A stretch of DNA of 64,000 nt from the NCBI GenBank assembly GCA_964247055.1, contig OZ176052.1, positions 5,580,001 to 5,644,000 of the forward strand, read 5' to 3'. Positions 13,501-26,518 of the stretch are shown here, in pieces (the stretch's first letter is position 1; every line of letters starts with the position of its first letter). The notes below the pieces were generated by a model, which made no database searches, was not told the DNA's origin, and saw only the letters and a program-made list of their open reading frames with translations. A program made the translations under genes and the position numbers. The DNA comes from Paragordius varius (Eukaryota; Animalia; Nematomorpha).

Positions 13501-16500
13501 GAAGAAGGGGAAAACTTTAGAAGAAACGGATAAAAAGGATATGAAGAAGGGTGATACTTTGGAAGAAACGGATGAAGAGGATATGAAGAATGGTGAAACT
13601 TTAGCAGAAACGGATGAAGAGGATATGAAGAAGGGTGAAACTTAGAGGAAACGGATGAGGAGGATATGAAGAAGGGGAAAACTTTAGAAGAAACGGACGA
13701 AGAGGATATGAAGAAGGGTGAAACTTTAGAAGAAACGGATGAAGAGGATATTAAGAATGGTAAAACTTAAGAAGAAACGGATGAAGAGGATATGAAGAAT
13801 GGTGAAATCTAAGAAGAAACGGATGGAGAGGATATGAAGAATGGTGAAACTTAAGAAGAAACGGACGAAGAGGATATGAAGAAGGGTGAAACTTAGAGGA
13901 AACGGATGAAGAGGATATGAAGAAGGGGAAAACTTTAGAAGAAACGGATAAAGAGGATATGAAGAAGGGTGAAACTTAGAGGAAACGGATGAGGAGGATA
14001 TGAAGAAGGGTGAAACTTAGAGGAAACGGATGAAGAGGATATGAAGAAGGGGAAAACTTTAGAAGAAACGGATGAAGAGGATATGAAGAAAGGTGAAACT
14101 TAGAGGAAACGGATGAGGAGGATATGAAGAAGGGGAAAACTTTAGAAGAAACGGATAAAAAGGATATGAAGAAGGGTTAAACTTAGAGGAAACGGATGAA
14201 GAGGATATGAAGAAGGGGAAAACTTTAGAAGAAACGGATAAAGAGGATATGAAGAAGGGTGAAACTTAGAGGAAACGGATGAAGAGGATATGAAGAAGGG
14301 GAAAACTTTAGAAGAAACGGATAAAATGGATATGAAGAAGGGTGAAACTTAGAGGAAACGGATGAGGAGGATATGAAGAAGGGGAAAACTTTAGAAGAAA
14401 CGGACGAAGAGGATATGAAGAAGGGTGAAACTTTGGAAGAAACGGATGAAGAGGATATGAAGAATGGTGAAACTTTAGCAGAAACGGATGAAGAGGATAT
14501 GAAGAAGGGTGAAACTTAGAGGAAACGGATGAGGAGGATATGAAGAAGGGGAAAACTTTAGAAGAAACGGACGAAGAGGATATGAAGAAGGGTGAAACAT
14601 AGAGGAAACGGATGAAGAGGATATGAAGAAGGGTGAAACTTTGGAAGAAACGGATGAAGAGGATATGAAGAATGGTGAAACTTTAGAAGAAACGGATGAA
14701 GAGGATATGAAGAATGGTGAAACTTAAGAAGAAACGGATGAAGAGGATATGAAGAATGGTGAAACTTAAGAAGAAACGGATGGAGAGGATATGAAGAATG
14801 GTGAAACTTAAGAAGAAACGGACGAAGAGGATATGAAGAAGGGTGAAACTTAGAGGAAACGGATAAAAAGGATATGAAGAATGGTGAAACTTAAGAAGAA
14901 ACGGACGAAGAGGATATGAAGAAGGGTGAAACTTAGAGGAAACGGATGAAGAGGATATGAAGAAGGGGAAAACTTTAGAAGAAACGGATGAAGAGGATAT
15001 GAAGAAGGGGAAAACTTTAGAAGAAACGGATAAAGAGGATATGAAGAAGGGTGAAACATTAGAAGAAACGGATAAAAAGGATATGAAGAATGGTGAAACT
15101 TAAGAAGAAACGGACGAAGAGGATATGAAGAAGGGTGAAACTTAGAGGAAACGGATGAAGAGGATATGAAGAAGGGGAAAACTTTAGAAGAAACGGATGA
15201 AGAGGATATGAAGAAGGGGAAAACTTTAGAAGAAACGGATAAAAAGAATAAGAAGAAGGGTGAAACTTAGAGGAAACGGATGAAGAGGATATGAAGAAGG
15301 GGAAAACTTTAGAAGAAACGGATAAAGAGGATATGAAGAAGGGTGAAACTTAGAGGAAACGGACGAAGAGGATATGAAGAATGGTGAAACTTAAGAAGAA
15401 ACGGACGAAGAGGATATGAAGAAGGGTGAAACTTAAGAAGAAACGGATGAAGAGGATATGAAGAATGGTGAAACTTAAGAAGAAACGGACGAAGAGGATA
15501 TGAAGAAGGGTGAAACTTAAGAAGAAACGGATGAAGAGGATATGAAGAATGGTGAAACTTAAGAAGAAACGGATGAAGAGGATATGAAGAATGGTGAAAC
15601 TTAAGAAGAAACGGATGGAGAGGATATGAAGAATGGTGAAACTTAAGAAGAAACGGACGAAGAGGATATGAAGAAGGGTGAAACTTAGAGGAAACGGATA
15701 AAAAGGATATGAAGAATGGTGAAACTTAAGAAGAAACGGACGAAGAGGATATGAAGAAGGGTGAAACTTAGAGGAAACGGATGAAGAGGATATGAAGAAG
15801 GGGAAAACTTTAGAAGAAACGGATGAAGAGGATATGAAGAAGGGGAAAACTTTAGAAGAAACGGATAAAGAGGATATGAAGAAGGGTGAAACATTAGAAG
15901 AAACGGATAAAAAGGATATGAAGAATGGTGAAACTTAAGAAGAAACGGACGAAGAGGATATGAAGAAGGGTGAAACTTAGAGGAAACGGATGAAGAGGAT
16001 ATGAAGAAGGGGAAAACTTTAGAAGAAACGGATGAAGAGGATATGAAGAAGGGGAAAACTTTAGAAGAAACGGATAAAAAGAATAAGAAGAAGGGTGAAA
16101 CTTAGAGGAAACGGATGAAGAGGATATGAAGAAGGGGAAAACTTTAGAAGAAACGGATAAAGAGGATATGAAGAAGGGTGAAACTTAGAGGAAACGGACG
16201 AAGAGGATATGAAGAATGGTGAAACTTAAGAAGAAACGGACGAAGAGGATATGAAGAAGGGTGAAACTTAAGAAGAAACGGATGAAGAGGATATGAAGAA
16301 TGGTGAAACTTAAGAAGAAACGGACGAAGAGGATATGAAGAAGGGTGAAACTTAAGAAGAAACGGATGAAGAGGATATGAAGAATGGTGAAACTTAAGAA
16401 GAAACGGATGAAGAGGATATGAAGAAGGGGAAAACTTTAGAAGAAACGGACGAAGAGGATATGAAGAAGGGTGAAACTTAGAGGAAACGGATGAAGAGGA

Positions 16501-19500
16501 TATGAAGAAGGGTGAAACTTAGAGGAAACGGATGAGGAGGATATGAAGAAGGGGAAAACTTTAGAAGAAACGGACGAAGAGGATATGAAGAAGGGTGAAA
16601 CTTTGGAAGAAACGGATGAAGAGGATATGAAGAATGGTGAAACTTTAGAAGAAACGGATGAAGAGGATATGAAGAAGGGTGAAACTTAAGAAGAAACGGA
16701 CGAAGAGGATATGAAGAATGGTGAAACTTAAGAAGAAACGGACGAAGAGGATATGAAGAAGGGTGAAACTTAAGAAGCAACGGATGAAGAGGATATGTAG
16801 AATGGTGAAACTTAAGAAGAAACGGACGAAGAGGATATGAAGAAGGGTGAAACTTAAGAAGAAACGGATGAAGAGGATATGAAGAATGGTGAAACTTAAG
16901 AAGAAACGGACGAAGAGGATATGAAGAATGGTGAAACTTAAGAAGAAACGGACGAAGAGGATATGAAGAATGGTGAAACTTAAGAAGAAACGGATGAAGA
17001 GGATATGAAGAAGGGTGAAACTTAAGAAGAAACGGATGAAGAGGATATGAAGAATGGTGAAACTTTAGAAGAAACGGATGAAGAGGATATGAAGAAGGGG
17101 AAAACTTTAGAAGAAACGGACGAAGAGGATATGAAGAAGGGTGAAACTTTGGAAGAAACGGATGAAGAGGATATGAAGAATGGTGAAACTTTAGAAGAAA
17201 CGGATGAAGAGGATATGAAGAAGGGTGAAACTTAAGAAGAAACGGACGAAGAGGATATGAAGAAGGGTGAAACTTAAGAAGAAACGGATGAAGAGGATAT
17301 GAAGAATGGTGAAACTTAAGAAGAAACGGACGAAGAGGATATGAAAAAGGGTGAAACTTAAGAAGAAACGGATGAAGAGGATATGAAGAATGGTGAAACT
17401 TAAGAAGAAACGGACGAAGAGGATATGAAGAATGGTGAAACTTAAGAAGAAACGGACGAAGAGGATATGAAGAATGGTGAAACTTAAGAAGAAACGGATG
17501 AAGAGGATATGAAGAAGGGTGAAACTTAAGAAGAAACGGATGAAGAGGATATGAAGAATGGTGAAACTTTAGAAGAAACGGATGAAGAGGATATGAAGAA
17601 TGGTGAAACTTAAGAAGAAACGGACGAAGAGGATATGAAGAAGGGTGAAACTTTAGAAGAAACGGATGAAGAGGATATGAAGAAGGGTGAAACTTAAGAA
17701 GAAACGGACGAAGAGGATATGAAGAATGGTGAAACTTAAGAAGAAACGGATGAAGAGGATATGAAGAATGGTGAAACTTTAGAAGAAACGGATGAAGAGG
17801 ATATGAAGAATGGTGAAACTTAAGAAGAAACGGACGAAGAGGATATGAAGAATGGTGAAACTTAAGAAGAAACGGACGAAGAGGATATGAAGAATGGTGA
17901 AACTTAAGAAGAAACGGATGAAGAGGATATGAAGAATGGTGAAACTTTAGAAGAAACGGATGAAGAGGATATGAAGAATGGTGAAACTTTAGAAGAAACG
18001 GATGAAGAGGATATGAAGAATGGTGAAACTTAAGAAGAAACGGACGAAGAGGATATGAAGAATGGTGAAACTTAAGAAGAAACGGACGAAGAGGATATGA
18101 AGAATGGTGAAACTTAAGAAGAAACGGATGAAGAGGATATGAAGAATGGTGAAACTTTAGAAGAAACGGATGAAGAGGATATGAAGAATGGTGAAACTTT
18201 AGAAGAAACGGATGAAGAGGATATGAAGAATGGTGAAACTTAAGAAGAAACGGACGAAGAGGATATGAAGAAGGGTGAAACTTTAGAAGAAACGGATGAA
18301 GAGGATATGAAGAAGGGTGAAACTTAAGAAGAAACGGACGAAGAGGATATGAAGAATGGTGAAACTTAAGAAGAAACGGATGAAGAGGATATGAAGAAGG
18401 GTGAAACTTAAGAAGAAACGGATGAAGAGGATATGAAGAATGGTGAAACTTTAGAAGAAACGGATGAAGAGGATATGAAGAATGGTGAAACTTAAGAAGA
18501 AACGGACGAAGAGGATATGAAGAATGGTGAAACTTAAGAAGAAACGGACGAAGAGGATATGAAGAATGGTGAAACTTAAGAAGAAACGGATGAAGAGGAT
18601 ATGAAGAATGCTGAAACTTAAGAAGAAACGGACGAAGAGGATATGAAGAATGGTGAAACTTAAGAAGAAACGGATGAAGAGGATATGAAGAAGGGTGAAA
18701 CTTAAGAAGAAACGGATGAAGAGGATATGAAGAATGGTGAAACTTTAGAAGAAACGGATGAAGAGGATATGAAGAATGGTGAAACTTAAGAAGAAACGGA
18801 CGAAGAGGATATGAAGAAGGGTGAAACTTTAGAAGAAACGAATGAAGAGGATATGAAGAAGGGTGAAACTTTAGAAGAAACGGATGAAGAGGATATGAAG
18901 AATGGTGAAACTTTAGAAGAAACGGATAAAATGGATGTGAAGAAGGGTGAAACTTTAGAAGAAACGGATGAATAGGATATGAAGAATGATGAAACTTTAG
19001 AAGAAACGGATGAAGAGGATATGAAGAATGGTGATATTTTAGAAAAAACGGATGAAATGGATTTGAAGAAGGGTGGAACTTTAGAAGAAACGAATGAAGA
19101 GGATATGAAGAAGGGTGAAACTTTAGAAGAAACGGACGAAGAGGATATGAAGAAGGGTGAAACTTTAGAAGAAACGAATGAAGAGGATATGAAGAAGGGT
19201 GAAACTTTAGAAGAAACGGATGAAGAGGATATGAAGAATGGTGAAACTTTAGAAGAAACGGATAAAATGGATGTGAAGAAGGGTGAAACTTTAGAAGAAA
19301 CGGATGAATAGGATATGAAGAATGATGAAACTTTAGAAGAAACGGATGAAGAGGATATGAAGAATGGTGATATTTTAGAAAAAACGGATGAAATGGATTT
19401 GAAGAAGGGTGGAACTTTAGAAGAAACGAATGAAGAGGATATGAAGAAGGGTGAAACTTTAGAAGAAACGGATGAAGAGGATATGAAGAATGATAAAACT

Positions 19501-21549
19501 TTAGAAGAAACGGATAAAATGGATGTGAAGAAAACTTTAGAAGAAACGGATAAAATGGATAGGAAGGGTGAAACTTTAGAAGAAACGGATGAAGTGGAAA
19601 TGAAGAAGATTGAAACTCGAAAAGAAACGGGTAAATTGGGTATGAAGAAGGGTGAAACTTAGAACAAACGGATAAAATGGATATGAAGAAGGGTAAACTT
19701 AGAAGAAATGGATAAAATGGATATGAAGAAGGGTGAAACTTAGAAGAAATGGATAAAATGGATATGAAGAAGGGTGAAAATTAGAAATACGGATAAAATG
19801 GATATGATCAAGGATGAACCTTAGTAGAAAAGGATAAAATGGATATGAAGAAGGGTGAAACATTAGAAGAAACGGATGAAGTGCATATGAAGAAGGGTGA
19901 AACTTAGAAGAAACGGATAAAATGGATATGAAGAAGGGTGATACTTAGAAGAAACGGATAAAATGGATATGAAGAAGGGTGAAACTCGAAAAGAAACGCA
20001 TAAATTGGGTGTGAAGAATGGTGAAACATTAGAAGAAACGGATGAAGTGCATATGAAGAAGGGTCAAACTCTAAAAGAAACGGATAAATAGGGTATGAAG
20101 AAGGGTGAAACTTAGAACAAACGGATAAAATGGATATGAAGAAGGGTGAAACTTTAGAATAAACGGATAAAATGGATAGGAAGAAGGGTGAAACTTAGAA
20201 GAAACGGATAAGATGGATATGAAGAAGGGTGAAATTTGGAAGAAACGGATAAAATGGATAAAAAGAAGGGTGAAACTTTAGAAGAAACGGATAAAATGGA
20301 TAGGATAGGTGAAACTTTAGAAGAAACGGATGAAGTGCATATGAAGAAGGGTGAAACTTTAGAAGAAACTGATAAAATGGATAGGAAGGGTGAAACTTTA
20401 GAAGAAACGGATAAAATGGATATGAAGAAGGGTGAAACTTTAGAAGAAACTGATAAAATGGATAGGAAGGGTGAAACTTTAGAAGAAACGGATAAAATGG
20501 ATAAGAAGAAGGGTGAAACTTTAGAAGAAACGGATAAAATGGATAAGAAGAAGGGTGATAGAAGAAACGGTTGAAGGGGATATGAAGAAGGGTGAAACTT
20601 TAGAAGAAACGAATAAAATGGATAGGAAGAACGGTGATACTTTAAAAGAAACGGATAAAATGGATATGAAGAAGGGTGAAACTCGAAAAGAAACGGATAA
20701 ATTGGGTATGAAGAAGGGTGAAATGTAGAAGAAACGGAAAAATGGATATGAAGAAGGGTGAAACTCGAAAAGAAACGGATAAATTGGGTATGAAGAAGGG
20801 TGAAACATTAGAAGAAACGGATGAAGTGCATATGAAGAAGGGTGAAAATTAGAAAAACCGGATAAAATGGATATGAAGAAGGGTGATACTTAGAAGAAAC
20901 GGATAAAATGGATATGAAGAAGGGCAAAACTCGAAAAGAAACGCATAAATTGGGTGTGAAGAATGGTGAAACATTAGAAGAAACGGATGAAGTGCATATG
21001 AAGAAGGGTGAAACTCTAAAAGAAACGGATAAATTGGGTATGAAGAAGGGTGAAACTTAGAACAAACGGATAAAATGGATATGAAGAAGGGTGAAACTTA
21101 GAAGAAATGGATAAAATGGATATGAAGAAGGGTGAAAATTAGAAAAAACTGATAAAATGGATATGATCAAGGGTGAACCTTAGTAGAAACGGATAAAATG
21201 GATACGAAGAAGGGTGAAACATTAGAAGAAACGGATGAAGTGCATATGAAGAAGGGTAAACCTTAGATGAAACGAATATAATGGATATGAAAAAGGGTGA
21301 AACTTAGAAGAAACGGATAATGGATATGAACAAGGGTAAACCTTAGTAGAAACGGATAAAATGGATATGAAGAAGGGTAAAACTCTAAATAAGCGGATAA
21401 ATTGGGTATGATGAAGGGTGAAACATTAGAAGAAACGGAGGAAGTGCATATGAAGAAGGGTAAACCTTAGAAGAAACGGATAAAATGGATATGAAGAAGG
21501 GTGAAACTTAGAAGAAACGGATAAAATGGATATGAAGAAGGGTGAAACA
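4586..21549 (+). repeat. ~17 kb tandem satellite with a 41/42-bp unit (consensus GAAGAAACGGATGAAGAGGATATGAAGAAGGGGAAAACTTTA), roughly 400 units, with higher-order repeats
   Basis: Directly visible uninterrupted tandem array. A 41-bp variant (GGTGAAACTTAGAGG) and a 42-bp variant (GGTGAAACTTAAGAA) put TAG or TAA stops in the only long frame, so the EETDEEDMKKGKTL ORFs are artefacts of the repeat. Block duplications have periods of 1842, 835 and 336 bp. Confidence 0.97.
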
Positions 21550-22359
21550 TAATATCTTCTAATGCAGTTTTTTTCCATATTTTGAATATATATAGTCCAT
21601 AAAAATATCCTGATCAAACTTTCTATTTAATTATGAAATCAAAATTTATTTTCACACAAAAATTTAAGTCATAGAAATTTTCGGAAGTGTACCTCTTACT
21701 ATTTTTCGGTATAATGAAAACGGTAAAACGCTTTATGATATTAAACAAACAGTTATTGTTATAATACGATGATGCTGAACATTAATATCATTTCACAATT
21801 TCGATTTAAAGGTTACTTTACTTTTTGGGTCAATTTTTTATCAAAAATCTGTAATAGAAATGCATCATCGAATTATATAGAATAACTCTTTTTATAATAT
21901 CCTAAAGCGTTTATATAACCATCATGACTCAAAATAGTATGAAGTAGCTTCAACAAAATTTTGTATAAAATTAAATTTTCGAAAAAACTATGCATTGTTT
22001 TCAAAATATTTTTAGTTGATATCAAAATTTAACATATGTATAAGATTTTTAATCTCGGCATTTTTAGGTTTAAGGAAATAACCTATTAGAAAATGGCGAA
22101 AAAATTAGAACTTTCGGCGCCCACATGTAAAATTTAAAATCACATTTTGGTTATATTTTTAGGAATAAAGCCTTTAGCTTTTACCAAAAAAATTTTATTA
22201 ACATTTGGATATAAATTGGGTATATAGTGACCCCAGACCTTATTTAAGTTAACATTTTCAATAAAACTACTGAAATAAACGGTTCCAATTTAAATTTATG
22301 CTTCTATCCTAATAAAATTATAAACACAATGCAGAAAATCGAGGAATATAAAAAAATAC

Positions 22360-23465
22360 CCTGAATATATATATTTGCTCAGGAAAATATATTAGGATTC
22401 TCATGGTGCTTTTGGTTTTGGCCCTTACCAATGATTTAAAAAAAGTTATTTACACATTTGTAGTAAATATATGAAAAACAAAATTTGCGCACATTTTTTA
22501 AAGAAATTTTTGGTAAAAGCTAATTGCTTTATTTAATCAAATATCAATAAAAATCATAAACTACATATTAAAAGCAAAATAATATTTTTATAAAATTTAA
22601 TTTTTAGATGTGGGCTCCGAAATCAAATTTTTATGCTCTTTTAAAATGTAGTCTTCCTAAGATAAACACATATGCCGATTGGGCGATAAAAGTTAAATAA
22701 AAGCTGTTTCTGTATCAACTAAAATATTTTTTTAAAATACATTCTTTTTTTGAAAATTAAATTTTTAACTACATTTGGTTGAAGCGCACTTTATACTAAT
22801 CTGAGGCATCGTGGAAACAGTTTAAAAAGGCTTAATATTATAAGAAACACTTTTTCTATATAATTAGATAAGGATGAACATTTCTCTCGCTTCAGAATTA
22901 TAATTTGCTTCGTTTCCACCATAATTTAGATTTGGAGACAAACAGATAAAATTCTGAGGTAATGAAATTCAGCATCACCAAATTATGTAAAAAAAGTGTT
23001 TTTATAATATCTTAAAACGTTTTTATACCGTTTCCGTTATAATATGAAGTGCGCCTCAACAAATTTTGAATTAAATTTTTGAAAAAATGTATTTTTTTAA
23101 AAATATTTTTAGTTTATATCAAAATTTAGCATATATTATAGATTTTTATCGAGCAACGGCATTTTTCATTTTAAAATTATCCCATTTTAGAAGAGCATAA
23201 ATATTTGAGATTTTCGCAGCTCACTATAAAAATTAAAATATTTTAAAAATGCTTTATAGATGTAATTTATGATATATTTTAGTGACATTTTTTGGATTAA
23301 AGCTTTTGGCTTTCACAAAAAAATTTTTTTTTAAAAAATGCGCAAATTATGTCGTTTTTTGAAGCACTTACCACACAAGTGTAAATAACTGAATCAATCG
23401 TAAGCAAATCTAAAACCATAGAATCCTGATACATCATCCTATCGGATTATATATATTTCATCAGG
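22360..23465. mobile_element. ~1.1 kb palindromic (foldback/MITE-like) element, dispersed family copy A
   Basis: The left arm (…CATGGTGCTTTTGG…AATTTGCGCACATTTTT…AAAAGC…GGCATC…AAAAGGCTTAATATTATAAG) is mirrored by the right arm (CTTAAAACGTTTTTATACCG…GCTTTT…AAAAAATGCGCAAATT…CATAGAATCCTGAT). Related copies lie at about 21705-22240, 23940-24075, 40800-41325, 42305-43335 and 53575-54360. Confidence 0.7.
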
Positions 23466-23579
23466 ATATTAATTTGTGTACACTGTGTATAACTCACATT
23501 CTCTTAATAAAACTTAGTTTCAAAAAAAGATCCATATCAAACTACTTCGACGCTATTATTTCATAATATTTTTGGAAAT

Positions 23580-25910
23580 ATCGTTTGATTGATTCTAACG
23601 CTAAAATTGACGCTATTTTTTTATTTTATTCACATAATTTGATATAAAAAGGAAAAAATGTATATTGCTTTATTTTTATATTTAGTTAATGCACACATGC
23701 AATATTGACTAAATTTTTACCTCGAAGTTTACACACAAGTAATATCAAGGTTATACAATCTTTTTTAATATTTCGGTGCATCAATGTTATATTAGTGAAA
23801 ACTTTTCCTATTTTAATTTGTGGCATATTTTTAGAATTATTTGATTTTAAATAGGCCTGTGGTCCCCAAAGACCTTAATTTACAACGGAGGACTGAAACG
23901 AATGTGTTGTATGCAAGTGTTAAACAAAATATGCGCAATTCTGGCCATTTTTAGATATGCAGCAGTTACCACAAAAGTGTAAATAAATTTCTAAATCACT
24001 TGTGTGAATAAAATCAGAGGTACCGTGATACTTCTGAAACATTTTTCTATTAGGTTATATATATAATTCATCAGGATTTTCTGTGGACAATGTGTTTATT
24101 ATATCTACTTCTTTGGTAAATTTTATGATAAAATTTTGTCATAAAACAGGATGTCGACCTGTCATAGAATAAACGAAGGTAAGTAAAAAAGGATATTCGA
24201 TTGGGCTGTATCGAAAAAATTGCATTCATCTTAAGAATATTAAATAAATTAGAGTTATATAGTAAAATATTATGCTGACCTTTAATATTATATTTGGTAG
24301 AAAACCACCCCGAAATCTATTTATAAAATAAAAGGTAAGAAACCTTTTTCAAAAAAATTTTTAACAATTCAGAACCTTTTGTGGTAATTTTATATCCCAG
24401 AGCAATTTAAAATATAAATATCTTAGAAAGAATTTACTATATTGGATTTAAAAATATGCCTTCTTTAGCCTTTTAAGCGAATATTATAAAAAAAATTTTT
24501 TGTAAAATTAAAAATTATTATCTCAAATTTTTTGCCTCCATTTTTTTAAATTTTTTAAAATCTTTAATACAATAGGCAAAAAAACGTATATTATGGTTTA
24601 GAAAATGTAATCAATAAATAGTGAGGTTTCAGGTACTATTTTACACCATATATTTGATTTAAAAATCAGCTATTTAATTTAACACTTAAATTCAAATTGG
24701 GATATCTAAATCACCCAGACTAAATTTAAATTAAAATTTTTAAAAAACTACTGAAGGAAACGGTCATTTATATTTATGCTTCTATTCTGATAAATATTAT
24801 AATGCCAAAATATCTTGATAAAATTTTGTTTTGAAAAAAAAGTTCCATCGCCATTTTTATTTTACAAAAATTTTGCAAAATATCGTCTTCATTTAATATT
24901 AAGGGAAAAACTAAAGCTTATTTTTTATATAAATTCCATCTAACATTGATAGAAATAGAAAAAGTGGTTTATTTTGTATTATTTTTTAATTTTACAATTT
25001 GACACATGTCACGTTGACTAAATTTTTACCTTTCAGTTTTAGCTCAAAATAAGTAATATCCAGTTTTTTAAATAAAATTTTTATTTCGGTTTATTTGTTA
25101 TATAAGTGCAAAATTTTGCCATGGGTTCGATTGCTTCCATACTTTTTAAAGTATTTGATTTTAAACAGGCCTGGGGTATCCAACTATCCCAAATAGAATC
25201 GAAGGACTAAAATGAGTGTGTTGTATCCAAGTGTTAATCGTGTTTCGGAACTGTCCCAATTTTACATTCCATAAATTAAAAAACCATAAAAATATATAAG
25301 CTTTCTAACAACTATTGGACAATGCTGTTAGATAAAATTTTAACTGAAATTCAAAACATCAGATAATTTGGAAGATTATGCTATAGGATGTAAAACTACC
25401 CCAATATGTCAACTAGGAAAAAATACTTCAATTTTAATTGGGGTATCTATGAACTACAAAGTTGATATTTAAAAAAATACTAAGAAATCTGCAATTTTAA
25501 TTCATGCTAATTTAATTAAATCTCTATAAAGACCAAATATATAAATTAAATTTAATTTTAAAAGTTTCATATCAACTACTTCTATGCCATTTTAACATTT
25601 TTATATAGTATTTTTTTATCTAATGCTAAAATCAAAGCTATTAAACTAAGTATCAACATGATATAAAGTTGTTTTGACATAATTTTAAATTTAGCTAGGC
25701 ACACATGTTGACTAATTTTTCAGGTTTATTCGTTAAATATATTTATTTAAAATAATTCTTTTTTTGTATTTCGGTGCATCCATGTTATATAATTGCAAAC
25801 ATTTGAAATGGTTTTAATTTGTGTGTTTATTTTTAAAAAATTTTTATTTTAAACAGGTAATTCCTAAAGACCCCAATTAGAATTGGAGGACTGAAATGAA
25901 TGTCTATTAT
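23580..25910 (+). repeat. Three dispersed direct copies of a ~330-bp repeat (about 23580-23915, 24960-25240, 25570-25910)
   Basis: All three share, in order, CACATG..TTGACTAA, TTTCGGT, TTTTAAA(C/T)AGG and GGACT(G/A)AAA…TG(T)…TAT. Confidence 0.65.
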
Positions 25911-25962
25911 ACTATTAAAAAAATCCATATGTTTTTAGTTCATAAATTAACTTCAAAAATAA

Positions 25963-26518
25963 ATGCCGCTTCAAATTCAAACGATATCTGATGAAAGATT
26001 GGAAGCTTCTAATCGAGCATTAAATTACTTTGGATTTAAACCGGATGATGTGGCGGATGCAATTGAAAGCGCTTCAAAAGAATACATGAAGGATATTTTA
26101 GATAATGTTTCTTGCGCCCTGAAAAATAACGTATTATTATATTTATTTTAGTTTTCTAACCATAAAAACGAAATCGATCAAGGGATCATTAGATTAAAGA
26201 GAAAAATTTTTGAAAAAATTGATAAGTGTTCCGAAAAACTAAGAGATTATTTTCATCAGGAAATATTTTATATTCCCCCACATATTTTATTGATTGGCAA
26301 ACAAATTATTAACAATCAAATAGACGATAAAGCCCCACAATTGATGCAAAAAATTAAAAATATAATGAATGATATGCACCAAGTTTGTCTTTTTATTAAT
26401 AATACAGGAAAAAATAAAAATTGTTTTAATCCAAAAATATTTGTCACACCTTGATTGCTTGAAAGATTCTCTTGACGATAACCAAGAAATGATCAAATCA
26501 TTAAATATTAAATTGTAA
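25963..26518 (+). CDS. MIS12: Mis12-like kinetochore protein (about 169 aa), 3 exons: 25963-26130, 26152-26382, 26408-26518
   Basis: The N-terminus …ALNYFGFKPDDVADAIESASKEYMKDIL… resembles the Mis12 'FFGFTP' motif. After removing a 21-nt GT-AG intron that contains an in-frame TAG, the frame continues …IDKCSEKLRDYFHQEIFYIPPHILL…, similar to the Mis12 'LRIPSNILLP' motif. A 25-nt intron then gives a predicted coiled-coil C-terminus. The family call is from motif recall, not a database search. Confidence 0.72.

Noticed and set aside
6361-20808. About 25 ORFs encoding EETDEEDMKKGKTL repeats, and their antisense SSYP…-type ORFs
   Set aside because: They are translations of the satellite. Stop-bearing and frameshifting unit variants are themselves tandemly amplified, and there is no unique flanking coding sequence or splice context.
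4586-21549. Possible CRISPR array
   Set aside because: Units are contiguous with no unique spacers, there are no cas genes, and the context is eukaryotic.
4586-26518. Functional link between the satellite and the neighbouring Mis12 kinetochore gene
   Set aside because: Proximity alone is not evidence; kinetochore genes act in trans.
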